A DNA stretch of 64,000 nucleotides from a virus, in the IMG/VR virus record IMGVR_UViG_3300009157_000018, positions 27,462-91,461 of that record; one strand, written 5' to 3'. Every line of letters begins with the position of its first letter. The first letter of the stretch is position 1. The position numbers were made by a program, and so were the translations under genes. The notes beneath the pieces are model-generated. The model saw nothing but the letters and a program-made list of their open reading frames with translations, searched no databases and had not been told where the DNA came from. Shown here in pieces: positions 46,721 to 56,480 of this stretch.

Positions 46721-46725
46721 ACCAA
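45619..46725 (-). CDS. Overlapping-frame methyltransferase beta-type polypeptide carrying motif IX; true start uncertain
   Basis: 368-codon alternative frame containing LSEVLE...RFYLT..AAEGILRRA..RGR.LP and RRITPLEAERLMGWPDGHT. Confidence 0.75.
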   Translation of the reverse strand: MVWQWSMSSRTHHSSQEPGEPTSDSNKPDGEPSLSQRSNPTLTQSLPKDGRVFPTLEISPPLLGGTPGAGQRTTDLNTPLVIAIDYLNTGTAMGENETGSLPSRPGWSVMTGDPQHYGQEDSPAKTSVLQVSEPDSLESGASSPSPSLTLWPDISQPGFSWKMYRDSSPPTQVETLGLSSVKWANSGTGGPTGYWMHAISESPNVVVESTLSEVLEPTAPLRFYLTARAAEGILRRANRRGRSLPTALRMVLERQVSLLKLSTPNGGVEPQDQAGTNSTTSLLTPLDHSLQEPNMQESSQADEKQWLDMSSSQLVRRITPLEAERLMGWPDGHTIARTWKARRTSASPGELKLAKMLKLGSQTKNSTP

Positions 46726-47048
46726 GTTAGCGATTTACGCTCACGCCGTGCCTTCTTGTGAGTAGGGCACAAAGTCCTCATCCAAATAAAGTCAGCATCG
46801 GAATCTATTTCACCAGGCTTCCCACACTCTTCACACAACTGATAAGACTTATTCTCTACTCTCATGATGATGTTGTAATACTCTTCATTCCACGGCTCAA
46901 AGTAAACTCGTAATCCCCCAAACTTTTCTTTGACTTGGACGATATCGATCGTATCGGGCTTTCTGTCGTACACCTCCTCGATCAATGGAGTCCATCCAGG
47001 GCCCACTGAATCGATGGCTAGTTGTCTATTGACTACAGGCCAGCCCAT
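46704..47048 (-). CDS. Conserved phage hypothetical protein (QVKEKFGGLRVY, CEECG)
   Basis: Recognisable motif of a widespread phage family. Confidence 0.7.
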   Translation of the reverse strand: MGWPVVNRQLAIDSVGPGWTPLIEEVYDRKPDTIDIVQVKEKFGGLRVYFEPWNEEYYNIIMRVENKSYQLCEECGKPGEIDSDADFIWMRTLCPTHKKARRERKSLTWYGSGP

Positions 47049-47142
47049 TTCAATCCTACTCCGAACGCCCAGCCCGCTACCATAATCAAGCCAAGTAAGG
47101 CCAGAGTGCTAATAACCAGGGTTACAATACCTGCAAAAAACT

Positions 47143-49377
47143 TTAACATCTAGAATACCCACATACCGCGCAAGTTAAACATCCTTCCACATGATTAAGA
47201 CTAAACGATTGACATTCTGGACACGCTTCGCTTGTTCTGGCGGGCGCATCAACAGTGACTTCTATGGTTGGTTTTTCTGAGGGCGTAGCGTCGGACAAAG
47301 CCCACGCCACCGCCGATGGCAATGACTTGACCAGTTTACCATATCCTCCGACTCCAAGCAACTGATCTCGGATTTCCCTTGGTGGGATTCCATCTTGGAG
47401 AGCGACTGAAACAAGCCGCCCAATCGCCTCACTGAGCTCTTGGAGGTCGGTGCCAGCTTTCCCTACATTCAGGAAGACTTCGACAGGGGACCCTTCTTCA
47501 TCTCGATTGACCGTGACATATGCAGGACCGATATCGGTCTGAATCTTGCTGGTCTGACCAAGGAGAATGTTAGGGCGCTTAAAGATATGGCCATTGTGCG
47601 TGATCATGGGTGCTGGTTCTTCTTTCTTCTCTACACGGGTTAGTACTTGATCCCTACCGCACCCATCCCTGAAGTACGCAATCGATTTCAACCCCTTGTC
47701 ATACGCAAGGGTAAAGGCTTTTTCTACATCCTCAACCGTATGAGAGTTGGGAGCATTGAGCGTTTTGGATACTGAGGAGTCGATGTTTTTCTGGGCCGCC
47801 GCCTGCATAGCAATATGCTCTTCGACAGTTACCTCGTTAGCTGTCACGAAATAGGGTGGAAGATCGGAAAGATCACCCTTGTGCGAATAATCTCGATATT
47901 CCACAACGACGGGAGGACGAACAATATGCTTACCTGTCCGATCATTGCGTTCGTATTCGAATGCAAAGTACGGCTCTATTCCGCTATTCACGCCGGCCAC
48001 GATACTAGTTGTGCCAGTCGGAGCCTGGGTTAACAAGAAAAGGTTCCTCAAACCATAAGAATCCATCGATTCTCGGTCATAGTAATCTTTCAAGTATGGA
48101 CGGTCTGCCATTGCTGGTTTCCAACCCACTGCCGCACCCTTTTCCTTGGCTAGGTCGATAGAAGCAGAAATAGCCTCAAGCTTCATAACTAAGAACACAG
48201 AGTGTGTAAATCTTACGGCTTCTTCGCTACCGTAACGCATTTCTTGGAGAATAAGAGCATCAGCCAAGCCCATCACTGAAAGCCCGATCCGCCGAAGGTC
48301 TCCTTGAATTTCGGCAGTCTGCCTCATATCTCCGTAGAAATTCTTGTCAATGACATTATCTAGGAAGCGAACGGCGGTTCGAATGTCCTTCTTGAAGTTA
48401 TCCCAATCGAATAGTGTCCCGAATTCAACATAGGCTCCAAGATTCATAGCCCCGAGATTGCAAACAGAGTACGCGCCCAAGCCTTGCTCTCCGCAAGGAT
48501 TCACACTAATGATCTGTTCGATATCTCTTGCTGTAGACAGATTGTTGTAACGATCCAAGAAGATTACGCCAGGTTCTCCGTTATCCCAAGCCCCCTCAGC
48601 AATTGCATGCCACAGGTGACGGGCCTTCACGGTTTTATAGACCTTATTGGAGTGGCCAGCCGCTTCCCAACCGATAAGGTCGCCATCCCACTTCGAGTTG
48701 TAATCGGGATCAGTGGTATCGGGAAATACAAGCGCCCAATCCTCATCGTCTTTGACCGCTTGCATAAACTCTTCGGACACAGCTACGCTGATGTTAGCGT
48801 TGGTAATCTTCTTAAGGTCGCGCTTGGCATTGATAAAGAGCTCAACATCAGGATGCCAATCATTGAGCATAAACATAGCCGCGCCACGGCGCGAGCCACC
48901 CTGCATAACAGCCCCTACTGCCTTGGACGCCACATCCATCCATTCAATGGGTCCAGTGGTAGTTCCGTTGATTCGACTCAGGTACGCGCCGTTAGGCCGC
49001 AGCGTGGACCAATTAATCCCAACCCCGCCGCCTCGCGACATGATGTTGACCATCTCACTAATCGTGTCAAAGATGGCCTCTCGACTATCATTACCATTGA
49101 GTCGATTGCTGCGATTGCGAACAGGAATCACAAAGCAGTTATAGAAGGTAACTTCGGTACCTGTACCAGCACCGGCTAGAATTCTGCCCCCCGGCACAAA
49201 TTTAAAGTCTTCTAGAAGGTTGTAGAAGTCATCAGACTCCTCTGCGGTGTGGGCAATGCCCTTAGCAACGCGAGCCCACATCTGTTCTACGGTTTCAGTA
49301 GGGTTCCCATCTTTATCTTTGAGGGAATACCTGTCCAGGAATACGGCCTTCCTTTGTTCATTTAGTTGTACGGTCAC
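47143..49377 (-). CDS. nrdJ: Class II (B12-dependent) ribonucleotide reductase with C-terminal TSCPD-like/Zn-ribbon region
   Basis: PGGRIL, NCFV, RRGA, NPCGEQ, CNLG, APTGTTS; C-terminal EGCLTCAVCGYSRC. Confidence 0.9.
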   Translation of the reverse strand: MTVQLNEQRKAVFLDRYSLKDKDGNPTETVEQMWARVAKGIAHTAEESDDFYNLLEDFKFVPGGRILAGAGTGTEVTFYNCFVIPVRNRSNRLNGNDSREAIFDTISEMVNIMSRGGGVGINWSTLRPNGAYLSRINGTTTGPIEWMDVASKAVGAVMQGGSRRGAAMFMLNDWHPDVELFINAKRDLKKITNANISVAVSEEFMQAVKDDEDWALVFPDTTDPDYNSKWDGDLIGWEAAGHSNKVYKTVKARHLWHAIAEGAWDNGEPGVIFLDRYNNLSTARDIEQIISVNPCGEQGLGAYSVCNLGAMNLGAYVEFGTLFDWDNFKKDIRTAVRFLDNVIDKNFYGDMRQTAEIQGDLRRIGLSVMGLADALILQEMRYGSEEAVRFTHSVFLVMKLEAISASIDLAKEKGAAVGWKPAMADRPYLKDYYDRESMDSYGLRNLFLLTQAPTGTTSIVAGVNSGIEPYFAFEYERNDRTGKHIVRPPVVVEYRDYSHKGDLSDLPPYFVTANEVTVEEHIAMQAAAQKNIDSSVSKTLNAPNSHTVEDVEKAFTLAYDKGLKSIAYFRDGCGRDQVLTRVEKKEEPAPMITHNGHIFKRPNILLGQTSKIQTDIGPAYVTVNRDEEGSPVEVFLNVGKAGTDLQELSEAIGRLVSVALQDGIPPREIRDQLLGVGGYGKLVKSLPSAVAWALSDATPSEKPTIEVTVDAPARTSEACPECQSFSLNHVEGCLTCAVCGYSRC

Positions 49378-49697
49378 TTTCTACCACCTCTATCGTCAAT
49401 AATCTTGTCAAACCATCCGTCTGCCAGCAGATCATTGTCAACTAGAACGCCGTACAGAGTATTGCTTATTCGGGTCACATATTCTTCATTTTTGGGAGTA
49501 TTGGCACCATGCGGCTCCCCGTCTAGCATAACATGTAACAGTTCGTGCCAAAATGTCTGTTCTTGCTTCGCGGGAGGCATATCCTCTCTGATATGTATAA
49601 CGCAATCTCCAATAAGGGTTTCCCCATTCAAGTCACTCGATAATAAGGCCCGAACGATGCGGACCATGTATGGTACAGCAGCCACCTTGACTGACAA
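49374..49697 (-). CDS. Zn metallopeptidase-like protein (HExxH)
   Basis: QTFWHELLH...EE. Confidence 0.65.
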   Translation of the reverse strand: MSVKVAAVPYMVRIVRALLSSDLNGETLIGDCVIHIREDMPPAKQEQTFWHELLHVMLDGEPHGANTPKNEEYVTRISNTLYGVLVDNDLLADGWFDKIIDDRGGRK

Positions 49698-49701
49698 TCA
49701 A

Positions 49702-50019
49702 CTAATCCTTCCTTTTGTATGGTGGTTTTCGGTGTGGTTTATATGATGCCTTCGCCAGCTTGCTTCTTGTTACCCTCTGGTCATCAAAACGACGAGAAGA
49801 CCATACCTGGTACTCGTTGAGCCACCACGCTACTTGTGTCCTTGAAAAATAGATGGTGTTCCCGAATCTGATATAAGGCAATATCGGGGCTGTCCCCGTC
49901 GCCTGCGTTCTTCCAAACCTGTATGGCATCAACGAGGACTTGGCGATTTTTAGGGCAGACGCGATCTCGTCCGGCGTTGCCAAATCATCCAAGTCTGGAA
50001 TTGGCGGACACTCACTCAC
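49702..50019 (-). CDS. Excisionase/MerR-like winged HTH protein
   Basis: TPDEIASALKI...LPYIRFG..IYF...V..WL. Confidence 0.65.
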   Translation of the reverse strand: MSECPPIPDLDDLATPDEIASALKIAKSSLMPYRFGRTQATGTAPILPYIRFGNTIYFSRTQVAWWLNEYQVWSSRRFDDQRVTRSKLAKASYKPHRKPPYKRKD

Positions 50020-50964
50020 CTCGCAGCGCGGCGATGACCGCCTTCTCCCACTCCAGCCCTACGATTCCCGGCTCCAGGTCAGGATGCTGGACCTCAACCT
50101 GCGTGACCGCATCAGACAATACCTGTGGTGCCGTATCGTCGTCGGGGAGGAGGCAGGGATCAGGTTCGCCCCAGTCGCGCCAGCGGCTCACTCCCCCACC
50201 TCTCGCCGCTGGTACTGGACCCGAAGGATGAAATCGCGCACCCGGAACGAGATGCCGCCATCGTTTTCCCATGCCCCGAGCCGCCCATACTTGCGCCGGA
50301 CTCCGGGCCACTCCCACGAAGGAACGCGGCATAGATACAACCGCTGCCATCCCACCTGATGGAATCGCCTAGCCATTCCCCACCTCCCGCCGCAGCAGGT
50401 CAGCCGGGATTAGGGCAAGCAGGTCGTTCAGATACTCCTGCTTCCGCAGGTTCGTGCTAGTCGGTACCGGGATCGCCCGCAGCCGGGTCAGTTCCTTGAC
50501 CATATGGGCTTCCAGCCGTTCCAGCGCCTTGCGGTACGGCGCGGCGGCCTCGGAGGGGAGGAAGTCCCAGATGGTATCCAAAGCCTCGCGGTCGATGCGG
50601 CCTCCAACGCCCTCCTCATCTCCCAGAATCCACATCCCCTCAGCCGCTTTCCGCAGATCGTCGCGGGTGATCGCCTTAATGGTCATCGCTCGGCCTCGGC
50701 GTCGAGGATGCGGGTCGTCTCGCCGTGCGTCGGCAGATGCCCGCTTCTGTAGATGGGCAGTAGTGCTTCCCGTATTCGCTCCCGTTCCTCGTCAGCCCCG
50801 GCGCGGCGCTCGGCGGCGAGGGCTTCGTCTACGTCACGGTTGAACGCGATGGGTTCAATACCTCTGGCGTACACCCATCCGCGCAGCCGCTTGGCAGCGT
50901 CAAACATCGGTCCAGACCTCATCCTCTCCCACCGTTTCCGGCTCTCCTCGTTCCACGCGCGCAT
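50012..50964 (-). other. Second array of small coupled genes sharing modules with 41.9-44.6 kb
   Basis: LLPDDDTA, APYRKALE, RREVG and EAER modules recur. Confidence 0.65.
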
Positions 50965-51369
50965 ACGGCGTATTCAATGGATCGACGGGTTTACAAGTCC
51001 CCCTTATCATCTGAGACAACTGAAACGGAAGATTACAATCATCACACACATTTTTCAGCAATTCTTCGGGATGTTCGTTTTTAAACCACACCGAAGCTCT
51101 CCAAAGCTCGATATACTCCTGCCACTCCTGATCGGTGTAACAGTCCGGCTTATTCACAATCAATGGTGTCTTCTCCAAACTCAAGTGTTGCTTGAATAGT
51201 ACGCGGAGGAGCCTGGACACGCTTGATCAAATTCTTATTCCTCCGACGAACAACAATCCTATCATGGGCGTGATCGTGAGGAAACTTCGCATTCTTGCAG
51301 TATTGGCAATCGAGTGGATCGCCATGCCATACCAAGCGATACATGTAGACCTCCAGTATAACATGATTC

Positions 51370-51780
51370 TCAATTAGTAACAAGTGGATCGATTATCGAT
51401 CCATCTATCAATTTCTTCACTAAATCCTGATCCTCTTCGGACGCTGAGCGTGGAAGATGCTCAGCCATCATCTTTACTCGTAACTTCACATCAACATCTG
51501 CGGTGCGCCCGTATCTTTTTGGTCTAGGCTCCCAACCATTGGCTGATCGTCTTTTTCGGCGCTGTGCTTCGCGAGCCGAGGTACAAAGAGCTCCCCACGG
51601 CACTTGCTCTGGAAGCGCGACCTCGATGGTAGTGAACAGAGTCCGACAACTATAACACCTTCTGCGCCGGTACCGCTTGCCCGTATCCCCGAACCCGGAA
51701 ATCTTCACCGGAGTCCTGGGGTCCCCGCACTCAGGACACTCTACACCATTGGACCGAGCCTCGTAATCAGCCATTCCCAT
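51370..51780 (-). CDS. NrdR-like N-terminal Zn-ribbon protein, no ATP cone
   Basis: CPECG...RRRRCYSCRTLFTTIE. Confidence 0.7.
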   Translation of the reverse strand: MGMADYEARSNGVECPECGDPRTPVKISGFGDTGKRYRRRRCYSCRTLFTTIEVALPEQVPWGALCTSAREAQRRKRRSANGWEPRPKRYGRTADVDVKLRVKMMAEHLPRSASEEDQDLVKKLIDGSIIDPLVTN

Positions 51781-54700
51781 ACGCTGTTAAAGTGCCATTC
51801 CCATTCAACTTCAGTGTGATACCATCATCCCAACCAAGCCAATGATATACTCGGTATTTTCCTTTATCATCATCTAGGTAGCCAACAAATCTATATGTCC
51901 CTTTTCTAGGTCGATGCGACGCATCGGGAATATATATCTCTGGATACGAAGGCCAATCTTTCCATTGACAATCTAGCGGGCCTCCCATACACCAACTGCG
52001 CTCAATAGTACCCGGATTCGTAACAGTATTGTTGGACCACGCGGGCGCTGTAAAAACTGTATTGGTTGCAATCATAGCTGCATCCAACTTCTTCATTGCA
52101 TCTATTACCTTGTCGTAGTCGATTATTGCATCTATGTTTATTTTTATCTCAGGCATCTTAGCCATCAAACTTCATCTCCGGTGCTTTAACAACGATTGAT
52201 TTATCAGCACCATCCCAATCACCAACCCAGTCCCACTTCAACTCCATGGAGCTGCCCTGCACCCAGTTTCCTTGGAAATCAATCCTAACTACCTGCATCA
52301 TGCCCTTCGTGTTGTTGATTTGGAAGAAGGCAGGCTCTGCGCCTTTATACTTCCACGAAAAAACAACATTGACGGTGGACTGTGAGGTTGAGATGATAAC
52401 AGAATCAGGAGCACCCAATTCTATTGAATCTGCGTCTACAGTGGTAACTCGACCACTAATATCCTGGACGAGGACTGGCATGCCTGCGCGGGCAAGCAAT
52501 ACACCGTTCAGGATGATAATGAGTGTGATTGTCAGTGCGATAAAAACACTCAGTAGAATAGCGAGAAGATTCTCCAAGCCAGTCAAGGATATGTTACCGG
52601 TGCGAACGGCACGGAATCATCTATCGATTCCAGCTTGAGTTCGGGGTCAGGGGAGCCAGAAATCAATTTGGCCAACTTATCAACACTAGGACCGAGATTC
52701 TTTTGCCCTTCCGGCGTGCTATAAGCTGCAATGACATCAAAAGCCGCGTAGGTGATTTCTCGTTCACGCTTGGCAAACTGATCCCAGCTATCAATGCCGT
52801 CGGGAAGGCTCACCCTCACCATCGGCAAGCTGATATCGCGTACTTCTGTTACATCTGGGAACACTGCCAGTTGGTTTTCCTTGTTGGCCCCCTCGTAGAT
52901 GCGAAGCCCAAACTCCGCATGCCGAGCGCTCCCAGGCGCTATGGGACCAAAGGTAAATCGCTGTGTTTCGTTGATTTCTACTCGGTAGCGCCCACCGCGC
53001 TGGAAAAACTCAATGATTCTCTTACCTGAAGTTGGCTTATCTGGATGAAACGCTCCGTTAGTCGATGCCTTCTTAGACGGCATAAATATTCACCTTTCCA
53101 CCCCCCGCAAATCGAACTTGCATTGTATCCCCCGCCATTAAGTGCGCTCGCTGTAGTTTTTGGCCATTGGGTGTAATCACATCGATTGCACCGGCTGGAG
53201 TTGTGGTATCTGCAGAACCAGCGCCAATAAGGAACTGGTCTGCCATCATGTACAGGTAATACCACTCACCATTCCCATGTTCAGTTTCCAACATCCCACA
53301 TTTCTCATATCTGGCGCAATACCCCCGGCGCAATACCCCCAAGGAACAAAACCCCCAAGGAACAAAGTAAAGCACTTGATCTGCATCCCAATCTGTCCAT
53401 TGAGCACTTTTGGGTCCACCCATACACCATGCTTTTGAGGTAATGAGTCTCGCACACCATCGATCGAATGTTTTACTCCAGCCGTTGAACACAGTAGTTC
53501 CTGCTGCCTCAGTCATACCCCCCACCATTGAAGACAACCCACTTTGGCTCATCCAGCTCTACGATGCGAGGCTTACGATCTAGAGCCGTATCAGTGCCAT
53601 CGAAATACTCACTTGCATAAAAGGTCGGCATCGACTTCATCACGGCTATACCTTCTGTCGTCTTCCAGAAATCTAGAAGAGTCCCCTCAAACTTCGAAAA
53701 TGCCTTGTCGCGCTTGACCATCCACGCAGCCTTTTTCTTTTCTCGTTCTGATTGTCCTCGGCGTACAACAAGCCGAGCTTCCTCTGGATCATGAGCCAGC
53801 ACCACCAAGGTACCATCATCATGGTACGCACTCGAAATACCGTTGCCTTCCCAGATAAAGAGGCGTAGTCGATCAGTCATTTATATATCCTTTCTCCTGT
53901 CTGCGTATCATATTCTCCGTGTGCCTTCTGTAATGTTGGCCTTATTGTGTGTCGTTGGTTAAGCAGGACACTCCAAAGGCTACTCCATCGAGGACACTCA
54001 ACATACCACTCGTCCATGAAACCAATTACACGCACTGTAGGTCGTCCGCACCATTCGCAAAACTTTGGATAGTTCATGGCAACTTCCACGCAATCGCAAG
54101 CAGGATGCCGGAAATAAATCCCAGCATCGAGATGACTACTAGTGGACTGACATCGTTATCTTTCATCGGTCCCTCCTGTTGCCGTAGATGGCCCATGCTA
54201 TCAACACCGCAAGAGTGATACACAGCATCGCCGCGACAATGTATTCATAGAAATCACTCATCCCCATTTATCCATTCCCCACTGTGCTCCTGCTACAAAA
54301 GCTCCAACAATCACAACCAAGCTCAGGATTGCGATCAAACCCAATTGAAATAATGTCGGGTTATCCAACATCCACAGTACTCCCCAGCCCACTAACACGG
54401 CGGCGATGGCCAGTCCAACAAACACTCCAAGCAAGAGTACCACATTCAGGATTCCTCCTGCCAGCGCTGCCAACACCTTCCTCATCTAACAGGCCGTTCC
54501 CGGATCGCCTTCGCTAAGTCCACGATAGCCTCTGCAATAGCCAACTGGCCATAGATTGCTCCCATCGCAGCATGAATCTCCCATCCCATTGTATGGTGGT
54601 TTTTGTATCCGTTCAAAGCAGCCGCTTCTTTACGAGCCAAGTCTGCATTCTCACTCACCACTCGTCCGGCTCACTCCGATGGCGACACGGTGCCATTCTC

Positions 54701-54957
54701 CTGAGATCAGCTAACGACAGCGTGGCTGCCTGGTGAACGTCACCGGCGGAATGATGGTGATCGATCATGACCCCACCCAGGCTCAAAACCAAATGATCAT
54801 CATGCTCGTTGCCGAGGTGCTGCCCAATCTCCACCATTCTTTCTATCGCTTCAGCGAGCGAGAGATAGTCCCCGATCATATTGCCCGAGTCCGTATCCCA
54901 CAGCTCCCACCACAGTAGGTCGGAGTTTGACTCCATCTCGAACTGTTCTTCAGTCAT
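51767..54957 (-). other. Run of small hypothetical genes
   Basis: ORFs 51767-52168 and 53073-53552 (both WCMGGP), 52158-52586 (N-terminal TM), 52583-53083, 53509-53880, 53877-54089, 54258-54485 (2 TM), 54655-54957. Confidence 0.6.
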
Positions 54958-54963
54958 GCCAGC

Positions 54964-54992
54964 ACTGTACTCCCCGGCGAGCTCGTTGTCAA
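54964..54992 (-). promoter_or_regulatory. Leftward promoter, leaderless for ATG 54957
   Basis: CACTTGACA-17-TACAGT-gctggc-ATG. Confidence 0.7.
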
Positions 54993-55696
54993 GTGCAACT
55001 TTCTGCCTGGCGGCTCCACGGCAAGTCGATTTTTGCAAAAGAGCCCCCTAGTTATCCATTAGCATGCAATTCCTTACCTGGCATCCTCAATTTCCGTTAA
55101 CAAGCATCCTAAACCTTCCTAGACCCTTATTTTCCTCTCTATGCAGACTTAGTACTAATAAGTTACCCACTATACTAATCAAACAACACTATTATCCCAC
55201 CTTACCCCAAAAAGCTCGGATTAGCACGGTTTCCACTCCAAGGCATAGCCGATTCCGTGGAAAGCGACCGGTGCGTGTCCGCGAGCGTGGACCGAGCGGG
55301 AACCGCTCGGAGCGGAGGGCGTGGAAAAACCTGGCGCGCCCAGGAAAGGTACGGGAGGCCGGCGCCGCAGGCGCCGAGCTCCCCGGAAACGGTATCCGGG
55401 GGGTCACAGGACGGCCGCTAGCGGCCGTCCGGGACCGAAAGGGTACCTAGGGACCAGCTGCCGCATTGCCGAGCTGCCTGGCGGCATCATGGCGTGGAAT
55501 TGGCGTACCGCGCCATCTTGCGGCGGTCGGTGGGCGGCTCGATGATGGGTACCTCACGGCCGCCCAGACACAGGGCGACCGCCATATACCGGACACACGG
55601 AGCACCAAGTAGATACCGGGCGAGAGCCGCAGCCATGATAGGCAGCCGCCGATGTGGGCGCAGGGTCTAGTACGGGACCGACCGGGGACATACAGG

Positions 55697-55940
55697 GACT
55701 AGGGCGGATCGGCTCAGCCGATCCTGCGACGCGCACCATAGGCGCGCCTATATGCCTACCGCGACCGCGATACACCGATACGCCACTCCTACCTATACCG
55801 CTCCGACGCAAGGACGGACCGGACGGGCTCTTAGAGCCGATGGTACGGGTCACACGGCGCACCGATCACGGACTAACTGCGGCAGGGTTGGGCGCATCCT
55901 ATGGCCGGACCCGGATCGGCTGCGCCGATCCGCCCTAGTC
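55697..55940. repeat. 28-bp inverted repeat (1 mismatch) bounding a ~245-bp imperfect palindrome
   Basis: GACTAGGGCGGATCGGC(T/G)CAGCCGATCC at 55697-55724 and inverted at 55913-55940. Confidence 0.85.
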
Positions 55941-55941
55941 A

Positions 55942-56420
55942 CCGGGCACCGATCCTAGTCGGATCGGTGCCCGCTACCCTAGAACGGAGCGATACATACC
56001 ATGACCGCTAACAGCACTCCCCCTGTCGTTGTGGAGTCTCAGGACGCCGATGATGACCGGATGGTGTCAGTACGATTGTCGCGTGAGGAGCAGTCGTACA
56101 TTACGGGCCTAGTCCGCGCCGACCTTTCTAACGCGCCGACGATGCCCAGTATCCCCAAAGACGGTACCGATGCTGTCAAACTCCATTCGGAGTTTCAGGC
56201 TTACATCGAAGCCGAAGCCCATTGGCGCACGGTTGAAGCGCCGAAGATTGGCCTAGCAGATCGGATCGAGGCGGCACAGCCACGGACCCGGATCACCAAG
56301 CCAAAGACGGGCGCCGCCGATGATGGCGCCAAAGAGTCTACCGGCGCCGATGATGGCGCCGAAGCCACCAAGTAATTAGTAAGGGTAGCGGGCACCGATG
56401 CGATTAGGATCGGTGCCCGG
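55942..56420. repeat. 39-bp inverted repeat (2 mismatches) flanking gene 56001-56375
   Basis: CCGGGCACCGATCCTA(G/A)TCG(G/C)ATCGGTGCCCGCTACCCT at 55942-55980 and inverted at 56382-56420. Confidence 0.85.
56001..56375 (+). CDS. Hypothetical protein, first rightward gene
   Basis: SD GGAG, ATG; ADDGA repeated twice at the C-terminus. Confidence 0.65.
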   Translation: MTANSTPPVVVESQDADDDRMVSVRLSREEQSYITGLVRADLSNAPTMPSIPKDGTDAVKLHSEFQAYIEAEAHWRTVEAPKIGLADRIEAAQPRTRITKPKTGAADDGAKESTGADDGAEATK

Positions 56421-56480
56421 ATTAGTGCTGCCACAGCTCCAGGTTTAGCCGGCCAGGGCCGGCTAGAATAGGAGAATATT

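Noticed and set aside
41952-50964. Diversity-generating retroelement explanation for the repeated modules
   Set aside because: No reverse transcriptase is present, the repeats are short, and the differences are not adenine-specific
55064-55958. ORFs in the divergence region
   Set aside because: Low-complexity Arg/Pro/Gly translations typical of GC-rich non-coding DNA, overlapping on both strands
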